This document shows positions 10,270 to 20,065 of a stretch of 64,000 bases of DNA, piece after piece (position 1 is the stretch's first letter; each line of letters begins with the position of its first letter). Under the pieces are notes generated by a model. That model saw only the letters and a list, made by a program, of their open reading frames with translations. It had not been told where the DNA came from and did no database searches. Source of the stretch: Armatimonadota bacterium (GTDB taxonomy: Bacteria > Armatimonadota > SYMT01); the NCBI GenBank assembly GCA_041690135.1, contig JAWLHY010000001.1:1376001-1440000 (forward strand). Direction: 5' to 3'. A program made the translations under genes and the position numbers.

Positions 10270-11010
10270 GTGGAGCTAGCAACGCCACCCGAAACCCCCA
10301 CGAACCGCGAGGTATGCGCGGCCGCGCTGAAGGTTGCGCTGGGTACCGCGGCCTTTGCACTGCTCCACAGTGCCCTGGCCAGCCGGTCCGCAAAACAGGC
10401 GACGGAGCGCGTTCTGGGAGAGCGGAAGCGTAACGCTCTCTACCGCCCCATCTACAACGCACAGGCGTTCGTCACTCTCGGCGTCCTCTGGATCTATGTG
10501 CGCCCGCTTCCGGACCGCTGCTTCTATCACGTCCGGGGGCCGCTGCGCTGGCTACTGCACGTGGGCCAGGCTGCCGGTGTGGCAACGGCCCTGGCGGCGG
10601 CGCGGCAGGTGGGCTTGCTCGAGATTTCGGGTCTGCGGAGCCTCGTGGCCTGGTTGCGAGGCCAGGACGGAGTGCCGTCGGAACCCGAGGCTCAAGGCCC
10701 TGCCCCGGGAGCGGACGGCCAATTACGGATCGCCGGGCCGTTCCGGTGGAGCCGCCATCCTCTTAACCTCTCACCGCTTCCCATGCTGTGGCTCATGCCC
10801 CGGATGACGGTCAAGCTGGCGGCGTTCAACACGGTGGCCACGCTCTACTTTGTCCTCGGCTCGCGCCACGAGGAGGCCCGGCTGGAAGAGGCTTACGGCG
10901 CGGCGTACCGGGCGTACCAGCACAGCGGATGTCCCTTCTTCCTGCCTATCCCCCGGAGTGAGAACGCCACCGCTTCGCTTCCCGAGACCGAAGATGCGCC
11001 GCCATCCTGA
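10270..11010 (+). CDS. Isoprenylcysteine carboxyl methyltransferase/NnrU-like membrane protein
   Basis: HSALAS, YR..YN, GPFRWSRHP, EEARL...YG..Y..Y; GTG start after GAGGAG (start uncertain). Confidence 0.75.
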   Translation: MELATPPETPTNREVCAAALKVALGTAAFALLHSALASRSAKQATERVLGERKRNALYRPIYNAQAFVTLGVLWIYVRPLPDRCFYHVRGPLRWLLHVGQAAGVATALAAARQVGLLEISGLRSLVAWLRGQDGVPSEPEAQGPAPGADGQLRIAGPFRWSRHPLNLSPLPMLWLMPRMTVKLAAFNTVATLYFVLGSRHEEARLEEAYGAAYRAYQHSGCPFFLPIPRSENATASLPETEDAPPS

Positions 11011-11105
11011 CCGGGCGACGGCTTCACTTTGCTCTCAATATATCTCGCGGACTACGACGAACACCTGCCCAACCGAAGCGCCCTTCCCGCCTGGCCAGGC
11101 TACAT

Positions 11106-11231
11106 CGGGATGGGGATTGCGGTTTCGGTCTGGCCATCTGCCGGAGCATCGTAGAGGCGCATCGCGGGCAACTCCGGATCGAAAGTGAACTGGGACGCGG
11201 AACCACCGTGATGGTGGATTTGCCGGTTTAG
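11106..11231 (+). pseudogene. Remnant of histidine-kinase HATPase_c C-terminus
   Basis: Reads [41 protein letters not shown] (G2 box) with no intact upstream part. Confidence 0.7.
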
Positions 11232-11308
11232 GGAGTTGCCGCTTCCCTCCCGTTGTGCGAAACTTCGGGAGTAATCGTTCCGTTGATCCGTTCCAGGAAC
11301 CCGCCTTG

Positions 11309-12427
11309 ATGAAAGCCGTCGCCGTCCGACCCGGCACGCCGCATAGCGTGCACCTGCGTGAGCTGCCCGTTCCCGAGATCACCGACCAGCCCCACCCGCA
11401 CGTAACCCTCATCCCGGAAGGCCGCGCCGTACGAGTCAAGGTCCTGCAGGTCGGGGTCGACGCCACGGACCGCGAGATCAACGAGGCCCTCTACGGCAAC
11501 GCGCCTCCGGGTGGGGAGCACCTGGTGATCGGCCATGAGAGCTTCGGGCAGGTGGTGGAGGTTGGTGACCGCGTGACGGAGCTGCAGCCGGGCGACTACG
11601 TTTCCTGCACCGTGCGGCGTCCGGGAGGGTCGCTGCACGACCGGATCGGCCGCAACGACATCACCAGCGAGGAAGTCTACTACGAGCGCGGCATCAATCT
11701 CTGCCACGGCTTCCTCACCGAGTATTTCGTGGACGACGCTGAGTACGTAGTGAAGGTGCCGATAGGCCTGCGACACCTGGGCGTGCTGGCGGAGCCCGCC
11801 AGTGTCTGCGCCAAGGCGATCGAACAGGCGTTCCTCGCGCAGCAGCGTCTCCAGGTCTGGAACCCCCAGCGGGCATTCGTGCTGGGCGCGGGCCAGATCG
11901 GCTTGCTGGCCACGATGATGCTTCGCCTCCGGGGCCTGGAAGTCTACACCCTCGCCACCAGCCCGGCGCCCAACCTCAAGGCGGAAATCGCGCGGGCCTA
12001 CGGGGCCACCTACGTGAGCACGCGCGAAACCCCGCTCGCGGACCTGGCGCGCCAGGTAGGACGGCCGGACCTCATCTTCGAGGCGACGGGCAATGCCGAG
12101 TCGTGTTTCCGCGCGATGGAAGTCCTGGCGATCAATGGCGCCCTCATCTGGACCAGCGTTACGGGCGGGAGTCGCGAGGTATCCATCGACGCCGCGAAGA
12201 TCAACCTGGAGTGGGTGCTCGGCAACAAGCTGCTCGTCTCCAGCGTCAACGGCAACCGCCGGCACTTCGAGCTGGGCATCCAGGCGCTCTCCCACGGGGA
12301 GCTCACCTATCCCGGTGTTACGGGGCGGATCCTCACCCATCCTATTGCCGGATTGGAGAACTTTGGGGAGATGATGCGCCTGCTGGAAGACCGGTCCGCA
12401 CTGAAGGTCTTCTGCAACGTGGGATGA
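11309..12427 (+). CDS. Glucose 1-dehydrogenase-like zinc-dependent MDR dehydrogenase
   Basis: [37 protein letters not shown]. Confidence 0.85.
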   Translation: MKAVAVRPGTPHSVHLRELPVPEITDQPHPHVTLIPEGRAVRVKVLQVGVDATDREINEALYGNAPPGGEHLVIGHESFGQVVEVGDRVTELQPGDYVSCTVRRPGGSLHDRIGRNDITSEEVYYERGINLCHGFLTEYFVDDAEYVVKVPIGLRHLGVLAEPASVCAKAIEQAFLAQQRLQVWNPQRAFVLGAGQIGLLATMMLRLRGLEVYTLATSPAPNLKAEIARAYGATYVSTRETPLADLARQVGRPDLIFEATGNAESCFRAMEVLAINGALIWTSVTGGSREVSIDAAKINLEWVLGNKLLVSSVNGNRRHFELGIQALSHGELTYPGVTGRILTHPIAGLENFGEMMRLLEDRSALKVFCNVG

Positions 12428-13062
12428 GCTACCGGCTCGTCATCTTCGATTTCGACGGAACGCTGGCGGACTCGTTCCCGCTGTTCAACCGCGTGTTCAA
12501 CGAGGTAGCCGAGCGGTTCCACTTCCGTCAACTGACTCCCGAGGAGTTGGAAGCGCTCCGCACGCTGAGTTCACGCGAGGTCATCGCCCACCTGGGGGTG
12601 CCGATCTGGAAGCTGCCCCTCATCGCGCGCTACATGCGGCAGGTGATGGCCCGGGAGATCGAGACGATCTCGCTGTTCCCGGGCGTCCCGGATCTGTTAA
12701 GGGGCCTGGCGGATGCGGAAGTCACGTTGGCCGTCGTGACTTCCAACTCTCAGGAGAATGTCCGCCGGGTGCTTGGCCCCGAGAACACCCGGCTCATCCG
12801 GTATTTCGGATGCGGTGTGTCGCTGCTGGGGAAGCGGGCGGCCCTGCGCCGGGTGGTGCGACAGAGCGGCATCCTCCCGCACGAGGTGCTCTCCATCGGT
12901 GACGAACTCCGGGATCTGGAGGCGTCCCGTGCGGAGCGTCTGCCCTTCGGGGCGGTCGGGTGGGGCTATACGTCCCTGGATGCCCTGGAGAGCCGTTCGC
13001 CGGAGGAAGTCTTCCGGACTCTCGATGAGATTCGCGAACGGGTCCTGTCTCCCGGAAACTGA
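12424..13062 (+). CDS. HAD-superfamily hydrolase (phosphoglycolate phosphatase-like)
   Basis: [23 protein letters not shown]; ATGA overlap with the upstream gene. Confidence 0.9.
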   Translation: MSYRLVIFDFDGTLADSFPLFNRVFNEVAERFHFRQLTPEELEALRTLSSREVIAHLGVPIWKLPLIARYMRQVMAREIETISLFPGVPDLLRGLADAEVTLAVVTSNSQENVRRVLGPENTRLIRYFGCGVSLLGKRAALRRVVRQSGILPHEVLSIGDELRDLEASRAERLPFGAVGWGYTSLDALESRSPEEVFRTLDEIRERVLSPGN

Positions 13063-13087
13063 AGCTTGTCGGAAGTTCAAGGCTCCT

Positions 13088-14215
13088 TCAGAAGAGGGTG
13101 ATGAGGGCCAACTGTTCCGCCTCCCCGGAGCCGATAAACCGACGGAGCAGTTCCCGGTCCCGCGTCGCGAAGTGCTGGTAGGTCACATCCATGTGGCACT
13201 CCCCCGCGGTGTAGAACCAGGGCGCCTCCTGGAGAATCGCATCGGTGACCGGGAAGCGGGACGGATACGCTTCCTCCAGGTAGCGGCGCAGCAACAGCCG
13301 CGCGGTTGCTTCCGAAAGCTCTCCCGGGAGCGTCTGGCTCGGAACGCCGTTCACAGGCTGGAAGCGGCGCGCTAGCCTTGTGAAAACTTCGGGACGGTTG
13401 ACGCGGTAGAGCCAGCGCGATCCTTCACTCCATGGCGGTTGCGACAGGAGTTCGCCCAATACCTCCAATTCCCCGCTGTCCGCCAGGCTTTGCGGAGTGG
13501 TTTCCCAGAAGTCCTCCGGCGACGGCTCCTCGTCCATGGCAATCTCACGGGTCCAGCCGGTTTCGAACTCCCAGTCCAACGAGCCGGTGGAAAGATAGAG
13601 CGAGCCTCCCGCCGGCACGGCGACCTCCCAGAGACGGCTACCCGGCTCAAGCTCATCTTCGACTACCGCTATCTGCGCGCAATCCGCGAGGGACCGCTGC
13701 ACGTCATGGCGGGCGATCAACTGGTTCCGCTTTGCGCTAACCAGGCGTCGCGCGGGCAGGTCCCAGAGTGGCATCTCAACCGCATTGGAAGTATCCTGGA
13801 TGACTTGCTGCATGAGCTCGGCATCCGCGGTTACGAATGCCAAGCTCTCGTCCGTCATGAACCCGCCCCACGGTATCACTGCCCACGAATGTCGTCGGGC
13901 CAGGTCCGAGAGGAAAGCGTCGAGGGAGGGGAGTTGATTGCGACCCGCCCAGTGGTACTCCCCTATTTCCGGCAGTGGCTCCTGCTGTGAACGCGGGACC
14001 ACGAGCCAGAGCCGGTCGGGATAGGGGTTTACCTGAACCGGCAAGTCTTCCGGCCCGTGGACCCCCTGACGCCGGATCTGCCGGACCACCTGGCGCCGGG
14101 ACTGGTGGCGCACCCGAACCCACTCCATGCGATCCCACTCACCCCCAACAAGGGAAGAGAGTTTCCGGCGCAGGAGCTCAGGATGGAACTCGTAGAAGGC
14201 GATTTGGTAGGCCAC
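13088..14215 (-). CDS. Hypothetical protein with possible internal duplication
   Basis: 375-aa ORF with protein-like composition; two similar F.T.D.EL segments. Confidence 0.6.
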   Translation of the reverse strand: MAYQIAFYEFHPELLRRKLSSLVGGEWDRMEWVRVRHQSRRQVVRQIRRQGVHGPEDLPVQVNPYPDRLWLVVPRSQQEPLPEIGEYHWAGRNQLPSLDAFLSDLARRHSWAVIPWGGFMTDESLAFVTADAELMQQVIQDTSNAVEMPLWDLPARRLVSAKRNQLIARHDVQRSLADCAQIAVVEDELEPGSRLWEVAVPAGGSLYLSTGSLDWEFETGWTREIAMDEEPSPEDFWETTPQSLADSGELEVLGELLSQPPWSEGSRWLYRVNRPEVFTRLARRFQPVNGVPSQTLPGELSEATARLLLRRYLEEAYPSRFPVTDAILQEAPWFYTAGECHMDVTYQHFATRDRELLRRFIGSGEAEQLALITLF

Positions 14216-14241
14216 GGTTCGGGATTCCCTTCAGCTTGATC

Positions 14242-14964
14242 TCATCCCGTGCCCCAGCGACGCTCAGGCACGAACGAACCCCGGTCTTCCAGGTGCATGG
14301 CACGGCGCACCAGTTCTCCCCGGTTCGCCAGTACTTCTTCATAAGGGGATGGGTCGCTCAGATCGGCGATCATGAAGCAGCGCGGCCGGGACAATTCCGC
14401 GAGCCACTCCGCGTTGTGCTCAGCCGCCGCCTCGTTCCACATGCTGCGGCGGACCAGGAGTTGCGTTCTCCGGCGATGCTGGCTGTAGTGGCAGATAGCT
14501 CCCACGGTCGCAAGCGCAATTACCCGGGGGTTCCGCCAGGAGAACGGGAGAAACAGCACCCGCTCCGCGCCATGCTGTCCTCCGAAGGTATTGAGCAGGA
14601 AGTCCAGGTCGAAGAAGAGCTTCCAGACGTGCGGCATGTGCGGCGGGGTGATCGCCATTGCATCGAGAGGCCCGTTCCGGGGGTGGTATCGCATTGAAAC
14701 CGCCAGCGGCCACGGGAGCCGGTCAGAGCGAACTGCGGTCAGGGGGCGCCCACAAGGGGTTGTAGCCCGCGGAAACGCCCCAGGTGCATAGGCTTCGAAG
14801 GCCTTGCCGGCAGTCTGCTCGATCCGTTCCCGCAGCGCGGCGGTCTTCCCGAACAGAAGCATGTCCGCGGGAATATCGAATGCGTCCGCCCGGTGGATCT
14901 CCAGGCGTATGCCGCTGGGATGCTTGTAGGCAGAGGTGAGCGTCGTGGTCTCCTGATAGCTCAT
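14242..14964 (-). CDS. Hypothetical protein, possibly a highly diverged macrodomain
   Basis: IRLEIHRADAFDIPADML, RLPWPLAV and RVLFLPFS resemble the order of macrodomain elements; GAGGA before ATG 14964. Confidence 0.5.
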   Translation of the reverse strand: MSYQETTTLTSAYKHPSGIRLEIHRADAFDIPADMLLFGKTAALRERIEQTAGKAFEAYAPGAFPRATTPCGRPLTAVRSDRLPWPLAVSMRYHPRNGPLDAMAITPPHMPHVWKLFFDLDFLLNTFGGQHGAERVLFLPFSWRNPRVIALATVGAICHYSQHRRRTQLLVRRSMWNEAAAEHNAEWLAELSRPRCFMIADLSDPSPYEEVLANRGELVRRAMHLEDRGSFVPERRWGTG

Positions 14965-15144
14965 TTGTCCTCGGGACTCATGTTCCATCGGTGTGGGCAA
15001 CGGTCCACGGGTAACAGACCTCACCCCTAGAGAAGGAATAGCCCAGGTAAGCAATGGGGTGTATGGATGTTTCCCAAGTTACCGGGGGGCTGCCTTTGAG
15101 TTATAAATTGTAAGCAGTCTTCTCCACTGTCCAGGAGTTGTCCG

Positions 15145-15651
15145 ATGCCGGTGCCGCCAGAGCTATACCCATTTGTCGCTCTCCGCCATGTCCAATCGCC
15201 AGAACTGATACCCCTATTTCAGGACCTCTGCTCTCGCGCCGAGGCGTTGGCTGCATTGGAAACGGACCTCTCGGAGACCATTCTCCGGAACCGTGAGGCT
15301 CGCGATGGTAAGCCCCTTCAGTACACGCGGCGCCAACGGGAGTTCCTCGAAGAGGCGGATGCGGATGCAGTGAAAGCTCGGTCCGATATGGAACGATATG
15401 CGCTGCAGATGGACGATGCCGGCTTCCTTGTTAATGCCATCATGAATGAACGGCAGATGATCCAGATGAAAGAGTACTTAAGCCGCGGTTGGAGCGATGG
15501 GGACGTCCGGGAGAAGGGCACGGCAACCGTCGAGTTCCGCAAGGAGACGCTCCGCATTCTCCTGGAATTCCTGGAAGCGTCACCCCTTCGAGACCAGGTC
15601 GTCCCATTGCTGTCCGTACTCGATCCGAAGCTGGAAGTCTCACTCCGATGA
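15145..15651 (+). CDS. Hypothetical helical protein
   Basis: 168-aa ORF, AGGAG RBS, AT-rich upstream region. Confidence 0.65.
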   Translation: MPVPPELYPFVALRHVQSPELIPLFQDLCSRAEALAALETDLSETILRNREARDGKPLQYTRRQREFLEEADADAVKARSDMERYALQMDDAGFLVNAIMNERQMIQMKEYLSRGWSDGDVREKGTATVEFRKETLRILLEFLEASPLRDQVVPLLSVLDPKLEVSLR

Positions 15652-15701
15652 ACCCGGCCGCCACCACCGGTGGCGAACAAGCGAAAGCGACACAGCCGAT
15701 T

Positions 15702-16511
15702 TCAGCTTTCCATCGCCCGTAAGTAGCGTTCGGCAGAGCGGAGGACAACGTTCCGGCCGTCTTCCGCCACGGTGAGGCCGGGAAAGGCGCCGTAGACGCG
15801 GTCGAAGGGGAGCGGCTCCAGCGCCTTCACGATCTTCCGGATCTTGGCCGGAGAGAGCGGGATCATATTCGGGTAACTCCACATGAAGCTCACCCAGCGC
15901 CGGTCCATGCAAACCTGCGGCTGATCTCCGGACATTAACACGCCCTTGTCTCCCGCCCCGTCCGGCCAATGGAGCACCTGGTAACCCTCGAAATGGCCTC
16001 CGGTGCGAACCAACCGCAGTCCTTTCCAGAGCTCGCGCTCCTCCCCTTTCCAGAACTGCACGGCGTTGTCCGTCCTCATCACCCAGGGCTGTTCGGACTC
16101 GTGGAGATAGATCGGGACATCGCCAAAGGCCCGGCTCCATTCCACCATCGCCGAGTAGTAGTGCGGGTGGGAGATGGCGATCGCCCGGATACCGCCCAGT
16201 CGCCGCACCGCTTCGCGCGTGGGATCATCCAGCAGGGTGATGCAGTCCCAGAGCAGGTTGCCCTGATCCGTCTGGATAAGAAACGCTCGTTGCCCGATCC
16301 CGAACTTGGGCTCCGTGCGGAAGGAATGGAGGTTCGGTTCTTCTTCCCGGATCTCGTTGCGATGATCCGCCGTCAACGCCGCCAGAGTGGTCCACTGTTG
16401 GCCTTCCCAGCCAACGTATTGGCGCTCGTCTTCGCAGATGGGACACTGGCGCGGCGGGGCCGCGGAAGCGGGAAACTGCGTGCCGCAAGTAACGCAGATG
16501 AAGTGCTCCAT
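15702..16511 (-). CDS. MBL-fold metallo-hydrolase with N-terminal Cys knuckle
   Basis: ICVTCGTQ..CPICEDERQYV, ISHPHYY, GGHFEG, SGD, SFMWSYPN. Confidence 0.9.
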   Translation of the reverse strand: MEHFICVTCGTQFPASAAPPRQCPICEDERQYVGWEGQQWTTLAALTADHRNEIREEEPNLHSFRTEPKFGIGQRAFLIQTDQGNLLWDCITLLDDPTREAVRRLGGIRAIAISHPHYYSAMVEWSRAFGDVPIYLHESEQPWVMRTDNAVQFWKGEERELWKGLRLVRTGGHFEGYQVLHWPDGAGDKGVLMSGDQPQVCMDRRWVSFMWSYPNMIPLSPAKIRKIVKALEPLPFDRVYGAFPGLTVAEDGRNVVLRSAERYLRAMES

Positions 16512-16607
16512 GCAGGTGCCTTTCATGGCTTTCATGTGCGGAGAGCGCCCAGCATGGGAAACTGCTGCGCGCTCTGCCGGCCCTTCTGAGATTGGAAGTC
16601 TCGGAGG

Positions 16608-16901
16608 CTAGAAGCCCATCTTGTCGGCGAACCGGTCTTCCTCGGTCAAATCATCGTCGGTGATGGGGCGCCACTTCCCGTTGCCGAGATAGCAGATCAC
16701 GGTGCCGCAGCCACTGCACTTCGCGCGGCTCTCGTAGCCGGTGCCGACCGGTGGGGCCTTGGGTTCGCCCGTGACTTTACAGCGAGGGCGGAGCGGCTTG
16801 CCGCAGACCGGGCAGCGCCCGAAAATAGGGGGCGCCTCGCTCGTCGTCTCTTCGGGGGCATCCCGCGTAATGATCTCCGGCTCAATCGTAATCGTGCTCA
16901 T
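16608..16901 (-). CDS. Small zinc-ribbon protein
   Basis: CPVCG...CSGCG pairs; GGAGAG upstream. Confidence 0.65.
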   Translation of the reverse strand: MSTITIEPEIITRDAPEETTSEAPPIFGRCPVCGKPLRPRCKVTGEPKAPPVGTGYESRAKCSGCGTVICYLGNGKWRPITDDDLTEEDRFADKMGF

Positions 16902-17022
16902 TCTGCTCTCCGTGAGGATTGGACGTCGTCGAGGTCTTCAATACGATAGCGTTTCCCGGCGGATTTCGAAAGGGGGAATGCAGGAGAGGCCCCCGGGCAG
17001 GACCTCTCCCAAGGGGAATCTT

Positions 17023-17697
17023 CTAATAGAAACGGGCGAGATCCTTCGCCTTGAAGCCGGGCGCCTTAGCCACTTCCATGATCTCCGCCTCGCGGTCGAG
17101 GATCTTCTGCGCCGCATCGGCGATGTCGTCGGCGATCTCGAACGGCACGACCACGGCGCCATGCAGGTCCATGTGGATCAGGTCGCCGGGATGGACGGTG
17201 AGGCGGCCGAGGCGGACCGGACGGCCGACTTCGTGGAACTTGACCTGCCCGTGGGAGACAATGATGCCGCTCGCCAGGTACTGGAAGTCCATCTCCTCCA
17301 CCTGTTCCAGGTCGCGTACCGCGCCGTTGGTCAGGCAGCCGACCGCGCCCAGCGCCTTCATGCAGGTCGCCATCACTTCTCCGACCAGGGCCCCCTGCAT
17401 CGGCCAGAGCGGGGAATCCTCGATCACGCAGATGGCGGGCTTTGGGCTATCCTCGATGGCCTGGCAGTAGTCCAGCCAGCCCTGACGCCAGCCCTGCTCG
17501 CCCACGTCGCGCGGGCCCATGATGGAGGTTACGGCGTAGCCCAACCGGACTCCCATGTCCGGGAAGAGGCAACTGATCTCCGGGCCGGTGTAGCCCCAGG
17601 TGTCCGGGCGGACCCCGAACTTCTCGATGGCGTTGGCGACCGTGCAACTGTCGATCGCCTTCAACTTCTCGAACGTTTCGTCGGATATCGTCTTCAT
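17023..17697 (-). CDS. RraA family protein (HMG/CHA aldolase-like)
   Basis: GYAVT, ALVGEVM, TNGAVRD, VHPGDLIH.D..G; overlaps the HIT gene stop. Confidence 0.85.
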   Translation of the reverse strand: MKTISDETFEKLKAIDSCTVANAIEKFGVRPDTWGYTGPEISCLFPDMGVRLGYAVTSIMGPRDVGEQGWRQGWLDYCQAIEDSPKPAICVIEDSPLWPMQGALVGEVMATCMKALGAVGCLTNGAVRDLEQVEEMDFQYLASGIIVSHGQVKFHEVGRPVRLGRLTVHPGDLIHMDLHGAVVVPFEIADDIADAAQKILDREAEIMEVAKAPGFKAKDLARFY

Positions 17698-18299
17698 TGA
17701 GTGTGTGACCAGCGCTGCCAGAGTTGCGCGGTGCGGGCCACCACATCGGGCCCGCCTCGCACCATCTTGCCCGTCTCGGGATCGAGGCGCGCCTCGGTCT
17801 GGCCGACCAGTTGATCGCGCACCCGCTTCAGGACGAACTTGTACCGCCGGACCAGGTAGCGCACTTCCCCGGTCTCCAGGTAGAAGTAGTACCCCACCTG
17901 CTCGGACTCCTGCCGGGCCGCGTCCCAATCCGGAATTTGGACGAGATACTTCTCCGCCAGCCATTTCTCCGGCACGCGCGGCGCGAAGGGCAGGCCGTGC
18001 AGGTGCGCGTGGGGGACTTCTTGACGAGCGCCCCCATTCTCATAGAAGGCGGCGTGCCCGAAGGAGTCCCGGAGGAAGCGGCGCATGCGCTCCTGGGCCT
18101 CGTGGAACTCGGGCATCCACTCCCGGGGCGCGGACATGTGGCTGGGAAGATGGGCACGGGTCACGAGGAGGACGTGACCCGTGCACCGGGGGTATTCGTC
18201 GGCCAGGACGCGATAGTGCTCGCTCTCCCAGAGTGCCTGCCGCTCGATACTGGGGCGGCAGAAGGCACAGTCCAGGAGAGCATTCGCTTCGGACGGCAC
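17694..18299 (-). CDS. HIT family nucleotide hydrolase
   Basis: CAFC, GHVLLV, QEVPHAHLH histidine triad. Confidence 0.85.
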   Translation of the reverse strand: MPSEANALLDCAFCRPSIERQALWESEHYRVLADEYPRCTGHVLLVTRAHLPSHMSAPREWMPEFHEAQERMRRFLRDSFGHAAFYENGGARQEVPHAHLHGLPFAPRVPEKWLAEKYLVQIPDWDAARQESEQVGYYFYLETGEVRYLVRRYKFVLKRVRDQLVGQTEARLDPETGKMVRGGPDVVARTAQLWQRWSHTQ

Positions 18300-18304
18300 G
18301 AGAC

Positions 18305-19660
18305 CTACTTGTCGGCGCAGGTGATCGGGGAGATGATGTTGCCGTCCGCGTCGAACTCGATCGGCCGGGCGTTGGAGCTGATCTCCACGTAGCCACGCTG
18401 CCGCACCTCGTCCAGGAGGGCCGGGCTCACCCAGAGTTCACTGATTTCAAGCGTGCTGTGGATGATCGCCAGGCGGATGGTATCCGGCGTCCAGCGGGTG
18501 GCCGTCTTGATGGCCGCCGCAATGGTGGCGCGGTCGTTCTCCATCACCACCGGCAGCATCGCGCCGGCCAGGTGCGAGGCCGTCATGCAGTTGGCGTAAG
18601 TGGAGGGCAGATCGATCTTCTGGAGCACCCGCAGCGACATCAATTCGCCCAGGCCGATCCCCGCGGCATTTCCGTGCGTCTCGGGGGTGAGGTCGAGGAC
18701 TGCGATGTGCTGGATGACCGGGTGGTCCGTGTAGGCGGGGCCGTTGCTGCGGACGAAGCGCCCACAGATGTTGGGGTCCATCCCGCTGCCGCTGATGTTT
18801 TTACCGATCTGCTGGATCACCAGCACGTGGGCCATGTCGAACGGCAGGCTCGGCATCAGCGACTTCGCCTCCTCCAGCAGCTCGATCTCGCGCTCTTCCA
18901 GACCCTCGGCCAGCACCGCTTCGATACGGGCCGGCTCGTCGAAGGCGTTCTCCACAATCGCGAGACCGAAGACCACCGGCTGGGTCGCCAGGATGATGCG
19001 GGCCGCGGCGGGGATCAACTCCCCAAAATGCTCCATCCCATGGGCATGCAGCGTATCCGCGCCGTGCTGCTTGCCGAGGCCGATGGTGAGCATCTTCATC
19101 AGGCCGCTCTCGATCGGGCCCCGGAAACCGGTATGCGGCTTTACCCGGCCGATGGGGATGATGGCGTCCGCCGCCGAGGCGTCCTTCGAGCAGTAGACCG
19201 GCACCTCCCCGAGGGCCAGGCCAATCTGGTTCGTCTCCAGGGAGGAGATGATCGGCACCCCCATCGTCTCCGGGGTGATGTTGTAGTCCGCCAGCACGCG
19301 GAGCTGTCCCTCCGGCGTGGCGCCGCCGTGGCTGCCCATTGCGGGAATGATGAACGGCTCGGCCCCCAGCGCCTGGACCTCCCGCACGACGGCCCGCACG
19401 ATCTTCGCAATCTGAGCGATGCCGCGGCTGCCGACGGCAAGGCACACCCGCTTGCCCGGCTGTATGGTCGCCCGGACTTCCGACCGCTGGAACTCCGCCG
19501 CCACCGCCGCCTCGACATCTTCGATGAGAGGGCGCGGGAAATTCTGCCGCACGTGGTGCAGCGGCGGGATCGGCACGCCGGCAACTTCGCGGGAGAGCCC
19601 CGGTCCCAGGCGGGTGGAGAGGTCGGTCAGTTGGTCGATCCAAGGAAGAATAGAACTCAT
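18305..19660 (-). CDS. LarA/lactate-racemase-domain (DUF2088-like) protein
   Basis: AVGSRGI, PAMGSHGGAT, GRVKPHT.F, ESGLMKM..IGLGKQ.GA, GKNISGSGMD. Confidence 0.8.
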   Translation of the reverse strand: MSSILPWIDQLTDLSTRLGPGLSREVAGVPIPPLHHVRQNFPRPLIEDVEAAVAAEFQRSEVRATIQPGKRVCLAVGSRGIAQIAKIVRAVVREVQALGAEPFIIPAMGSHGGATPEGQLRVLADYNITPETMGVPIISSLETNQIGLALGEVPVYCSKDASAADAIIPIGRVKPHTGFRGPIESGLMKMLTIGLGKQHGADTLHAHGMEHFGELIPAAARIILATQPVVFGLAIVENAFDEPARIEAVLAEGLEEREIELLEEAKSLMPSLPFDMAHVLVIQQIGKNISGSGMDPNICGRFVRSNGPAYTDHPVIQHIAVLDLTPETHGNAAGIGLGELMSLRVLQKIDLPSTYANCMTASHLAGAMLPVVMENDRATIAAAIKTATRWTPDTIRLAIIHSTLEISELWVSPALLDEVRQRGYVEISSNARPIEFDADGNIISPITCADK

Positions 19661-19705
19661 GCGGGGCTCCCAGCGCGTCAAGATGTTACTACCGCTTATT
19701 ATCGG

Positions 19706-20059
19706 CTAAGGCAGGGCCTCATGTGCCTCACTGCACCCAGGTCCTTCCTCATCCCAGCGGTAAGTACCGAGGTCGATCGCCCCCTCCGGCGCGAACCGAA
19801 CCCCTTCCTCCTGGAGTAGCTCCTTCTGTAACTCCGCCCCGCCGGGCCGCCAGGAGATACGCCCCTCGCGGTTGATCACACGCCACCAGGGCACGTCGGA
19901 GCCATCCGGGAGAGTGGCAAGCGCCCAGCCCACCTGCCGGGATGCGCGGGGAGACCCGGCCATCCGGGCCACGTCGCCGTAGGTGGCGACTCGTCCGTGG
20001 GGGATGGCTTTCACCACCGCGTAGACTCGTTCCCGAAGGGTCCCTGAAGGAACACTCAT
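19706..20059 (-). CDS. Alkyltransferase-like protein (ATL, MGMT family)
   Basis: IPHGRVATYGDVA, RQVG; VPWWRV has Trp in place of the catalytic PCHR Cys. Confidence 0.88.
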   Translation of the reverse strand: MSVPSGTLRERVYAVVKAIPHGRVATYGDVARMAGSPRASRQVGWALATLPDGSDVPWWRVINREGRISWRPGGAELQKELLQEEGVRFAPEGAIDLGTYRWDEEGPGCSEAHEALP

Positions 20060-20065
20060 CGCTGT

